From assembly GCA_041946805.1 (NCBI GenBank), contig JBHGBC010000119.1:1-18670 (forward strand): DNA of 18,670 bases, given 5' to 3'. The DNA is from a bacterium (GTDB taxonomy: Bacteria > Hinthialibacterota > Hinthialibacteria > Hinthialibacterales > Hinthialibacteraceae). Position numbers and translations under genes: made by a program. Below, one piece after another: positions 15,458 to 18,670 of this stretch. The notes under the pieces were generated by a model, which was not told the origin of the DNA, ran no database searches, and worked only from the letters and a program-made list of their open reading frames with translations. The first letter of the stretch is position 1. The number at the start of each line of letters is the position of its first letter.

Positions 15458-16900
15458 TTACGCGCAGGCAGTCGCGAGCTCCACTTGAGAGCACAACGCC
15501 CGCACCACTTCCGCGGCGGAATACGTGAGTTTGCCATTCTGCAAAAACCGCTGCACCAGCGACAATTCCTGGCCCGTGGTGACCAGCGGTTTCTCCACGT
15601 ATCCGGAACGTTGCACCTGGCCCAGCCCGATGTTCGCGAGCAGCGAGTTGCACAGGCACTTGCGTCCTGCCGTGTCCTCGATTTGACCCGATTTCCGCAG
15701 GTAATCCTCCACCGGTTCGGACGGGCACCGGTAATGCGCCCGCCCATCCCCGGCTTTGTAGGGCGTGCGCAGATAACCGACATCGCATACCCGGGGACGC
15801 CGCTCATACACTTCCGGATTGGTAAGGGAATCTTCCAGCAATACCACCTTGAAGGGGAATCCGGTGGGGGAAGCGAGGGGATCGGTAAACACCCGGGCGT
15901 TCCCCTCCACGATTTTCCGCAGGATGGCTTGCTTGATCTCGGGCTTCAGTCCGGATTCCTCGCACAGGGCGAATGGGGTGCCGATCTGGACGCCGGCCGC
16001 GCCTTGATCCAACGCTTCCCGCACTTTTTCGGGATCGCCGTAGGAACCGGCCAACCAATAAGGCAACCCCAGCTCCTTGATTTTGTCGAGATCCACTTCA
16101 TCGCGCTCGCCATAAACCGGTTCGCCGTTTTCGTCCAACTGCAACGGACCGCGCGGCGGGGCGTTGTGCCCTCCCGCCGTGGGGCCTTCGATCACGAAGC
16201 CATCCACCTTGCCCGTGGATTTCCGCATCAGGGAAATCGCCAGGGTCACGGATGCGATAATCGCCAGAAAATTTGGGCGTTTCAACGGTTGCCCGATGGC
16301 CCCGATGATCTTCTCCGGATTGAACCGCATCCGGAAATCGTCGTCCGGGCCCGAATCCATCACGTTGATCCGCAAGGAGGCTTCTTCGTGGTTCACGTAT
16401 TTATCCAGTACCCCGGGGATTTCCCGCGGAATCCCCGCGCCCATCAGGATGAAATCCACTCCCGCCAGCATCGCTCCGTAGATGGACGCCAGGTTGGGCA
16501 TTTGAATTTTCTCCAGGTAATTGATCCCCACCAGCCCTTGATGGCCTTCCTTGGCCAAAAAAACCTCGATGAAATTCGAGACCACCGTCATCTCCAGCAA
16601 CGGCCGGCTGGGATTCAATGAATACATGGGAATCCGCTTGAACGCCTGGTGGATGGCCTTGCCGCAGGGAACGAAATAGTTGTCGTATATCCGCTGCGCG
16701 ATCTCGGGGACGGGGAAATGGTCCAGAGCTCTGCGCAAATGGCCGCCTGGATCACCCAGCTGCAAGCGGCGGGCCATCACCGTATCCAACGCCGTTCCCG
16801 ACACGACGCCCAGCTGCCCCAACTTGGATACGGCCTTCGCCAAAACCCAATGCGAAACCCCGGCCCCCATACCACCTTGAATGATGACTGGTAAATTCAT
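15458..16900 (-). CDS. Nitronate monooxygenase / 2-nitropropane dioxygenase-family FMN protein
   Basis: PVIIQGGMGAGVS, GAGIP, EGPTAGGHN, GAAGVQIGTPF, ESG, SPTGFP. Start placed at the ATG at 16900 (family-typical N-terminus). Confidence 0.9.
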   Translation of the reverse strand: MNLPVIIQGGMGAGVSHWVLAKAVSKLGQLGVVSGTALDTVMARRLQLGDPGGHLRRALDHFPVPEIAQRIYDNYFVPCGKAIHQAFKRIPMYSLNPSRPLLEMTVVSNFIEVFLAKEGHQGLVGINYLEKIQMPNLASIYGAMLAGVDFILMGAGIPREIPGVLDKYVNHEEASLRINVMDSGPDDDFRMRFNPEKIIGAIGQPLKRPNFLAIIASVTLAISLMRKSTGKVDGFVIEGPTAGGHNAPPRGPLQLDENGEPVYGERDEVDLDKIKELGLPYWLAGSYGDPEKVREALDQGAAGVQIGTPFALCEESGLKPEIKQAILRKIVEGNARVFTDPLASPTGFPFKVVLLEDSLTNPEVYERRPRVCDVGYLRTPYKAGDGRAHYRCPSEPVEDYLRKSGQIEDTAGRKCLCNSLLANIGLGQVQRSGYVEKPLVTTGQELSLVQRFLQNGKLTYSAAEVVRALCSQVELATACA

Positions 16901-17487
16901 ATAAAATCCTGATCCTTCTTCGATGATTCCCATCCGGCACAGACCTTTAACCTGTGCCATGGTACCTTTTTTACCGGCGGTTTGTTAGGTCAATACCCGT
17001 ATTGCCTGCTGGATTGCCTTCGGCCGGAACGGACCGTTTCTCCCGGAGGCGGCCAGCCCCCTTTCCGGAAACGTTCCCCCGCGGCATCTTCTTATCCACG
17101 GCCTGCGCGGCCGGATGGCGGTTTCGGCTTCCCGCTCTTCTTGCGTTGGCTGATCCATTGCTTTCAAGACCGGAAATCGCGCATGGGCAGGGGAAATCGG
17201 TTGTTGTTTGAGAGAGAATCCATTCGCTGCTGGTTTACCCCCAAAACCTCACTCCCTCTGGGACATGGGCTTGATCCCTTCACATGAACTATCCCGTTCC
17301 GTTTCCCGCCATGACGATGTGGATGGATTTTCCCGGTGCGGATGGGTGAAACGCATCCCCGGCCGGTATCTCCCATCGCCCTATTATACTTGACGGGTTC
17401 AGGAATTAAACCTCATTTTTCCCCGATTGACCTAAAATATGGATTATCCTTATACATCAAACCCGGGCATTTCGCTCCGCCCCCCCC

Positions 17488-17695
17488 GTCCTGAAAGGAC
17501 CGCGCAATAACAGCTCCGGATTACAATCCGGGGCAAGACTTCTGGCGCTACACCCCTGGCACACCTTAGCATTGCGCAATCCCCCAATCCCGAATCCTCT
17601 CCCTTCTTCTCCCTCTTCCCTTGTGGGAAAGGGCCGGAGTGAGGGAAAAAGCTCCGCAGGGGCGGCCCAATCTTCGCCAGCAGTAAAACTCCTGG
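17488..17695 (+). repeat. REP cluster: a bipartite REP and a composite REP
   Basis: GTCCT-GAA-AGGAC, 10 nt, CAG-CTCCGGAT-TACA-ATCCGGGG at 17488-17533. Then CCCTCTTCCC..GGGAAAGGGCCGGAGTGAGGG-AAAAA-GCTCCGCAGGGGC..CCAGCAGTAAAACTCCTGG at 17611-17695. Confidence 0.75.
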
Positions 17696-17824
17696 CCCCC
17701 CCCACTCCTTTACCCGCTCCTCGACTCCTGTGAAAATGATCCCGGGAATCCAATGGGGAAAAGAAGCGATCCCCCGTTGAACCTTCCCGGCCCGGTTTGC
17801 GTAGGGATAGTAAGGTCGACCATT

Positions 17825-18670
17825 ATGAATCCCGTATTCAACTATCTCCTGATCGGATTTTTCGCGATCAGCATCCTGGACTTCGATTATTTCTCGGTCT
17901 CGGTGATCGGCATGATCATCGTGATCCGCTATTTTTATTCTCTTTTTTACACCAAACAGCCCCGGTCCTATATTTTTTTCTATTTTGCGGGAATCGCGAT
18001 CGTCGTCCTGAATTGGAACTATCCCACTTTTCAACTCCCCTTGACTTTCATCACCCTGGCCATTCTGGAGTGTGTCCGGATCATCATCATGGCCGTCCTC
18101 CGGTATCCCGACACCATCCAGAATTTCCAGGCGCTTACCGAGGAACTGGAGCGGCGGGTCGAGCAGCGCACGGCCGAGTTGCGCGAGGCCAACCTGCAGC
18201 TGCAACAGGCCAACCTCAAACTCCTCGAACTGGACCAAATGAAAACCGCCTTCGTGTCGCAGGCTTCCCACGATCTGCGCACCCCTCTGACGGCGATCAA
18301 GGGCAGTCTGGACAATCTCACCCTGGGCGTGGCCGGCGAACTCAACGATAAACAGAAAAAAATCATGCTCCGCGCCTCCCGCTCGGTCGACCGCCTCACC
18401 AACCTGATCAATGAAATCCTCGACCTGAACCGGATCGAATCGGGTCGTATAACTTTAGAAAAATCAATGGTTTCTCTCAATAGCATGGTCGAACAGAGCC
18501 TCCTGGAAAATATGCCCGCGGCCGATAGAAAACAGATCCGGTTGCAGGGCTTCCCCAGCGAGGAAGCCCTCACTCTATACGCGGATCCCAGCAAAATCGA
18601 ACGCGTGTGCGGTGAATTGATCAGCAACGCCATCAAGTACACGCCCCCGGGCGGCGCCATCCTGGTCAGT
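17825..18670 (+). CDS. Membrane-bound sensor histidine kinase (HisKA plus start of HATPase_c), partial
   Basis: Hand translation from ATG 17825: hydrophobic N-terminus MNPVFNYLLIGFFAISIL..., coiled coil ELERRVEQRTAELREAN, H-box ASHDLRTPLTAIKG, N-box ELISNAIKYTPPGG. Open to the window end. Confidence 0.92.
   Translation, partial: MNPVFNYLLIGFFAISILDFDYFSVSVIGMIIVIRYFYSLFYTKQPRSYIFFYFAGIAIVVLNWNYPTFQLPLTFITLAILECVRIIIMAVLRYPDTIQNFQALTEELERRVEQRTAELREANLQLQQANLKLLELDQMKTAFVSQASHDLRTPLTAIKGSLDNLTLGVAGELNDKQKKIMLRASRSVDRLTNLINEILDLNRIESGRITLEKSMVSLNSMVEQSLLENMPAADRKQIRLQGFPSEEALTLYADPSKIERVCGELISNAIKYTPPGGAILVS

Noticed and set aside
16954..17753. Short ORFs between the NMO-family gene and the kinase
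   Set aside because: No motifs or convincing RBS, overlapping frames on both strands, and partly REP-derived.
17450..18660. 273-aa and 209-aa minus-strand ORFs and the 184-aa plus-strand ORF
   Set aside because: Shadows of the histidine kinase frame starting at 17825.

Overview
GC-rich bacterial chromosomal segment. The paralogous prepilin-type genes, the ASPIC/UnbV-TPR pair and the short C-terminal 'V-x-x-W' tails suggest an uncultured PVC-adjacent lineage such as Sumerlaeota or Hinthialibacterota (inference only). Genes from left to right: a secreted protein with ~186-aa tandem repeats (partial, minus strand, missing from the ORF track); prepilin-type protein 1; umuD; an IS200/IS605-type HUH (Y1) transposase with structured inverted ends; umuC; a CRTAC1/ASPIC-UnbV protein; a TPR protein; a DOMON/CBM9-like secreted protein; a clan GH-A-like hydrolase; prepilin-type protein 2; a BNR/sialidase-like protein; a cold-shock protein; a thioredoxin-like [2Fe-2S] ferredoxin-SufE fusion; a nitronate-monooxygenase-family flavoprotein; and a partial membrane histidine kinase. 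Four observations stand out. (1) The HUH transposase sits inside the umuDC operon behind a promoter whose 20-bp operator matches both the GAAC-N4-GTTC and the CTG-N10-CAG LexA box patterns. (2) Dispersed bipartite hairpin repeats copy the architecture of the transposase ends, form 35-nt-period arrays and all point the same way. (3) The ferredoxin-SufE fusion is unusual. (4) The prepilin paralogs and shared C-terminal tails hint at a lineage-specific export or sorting system.
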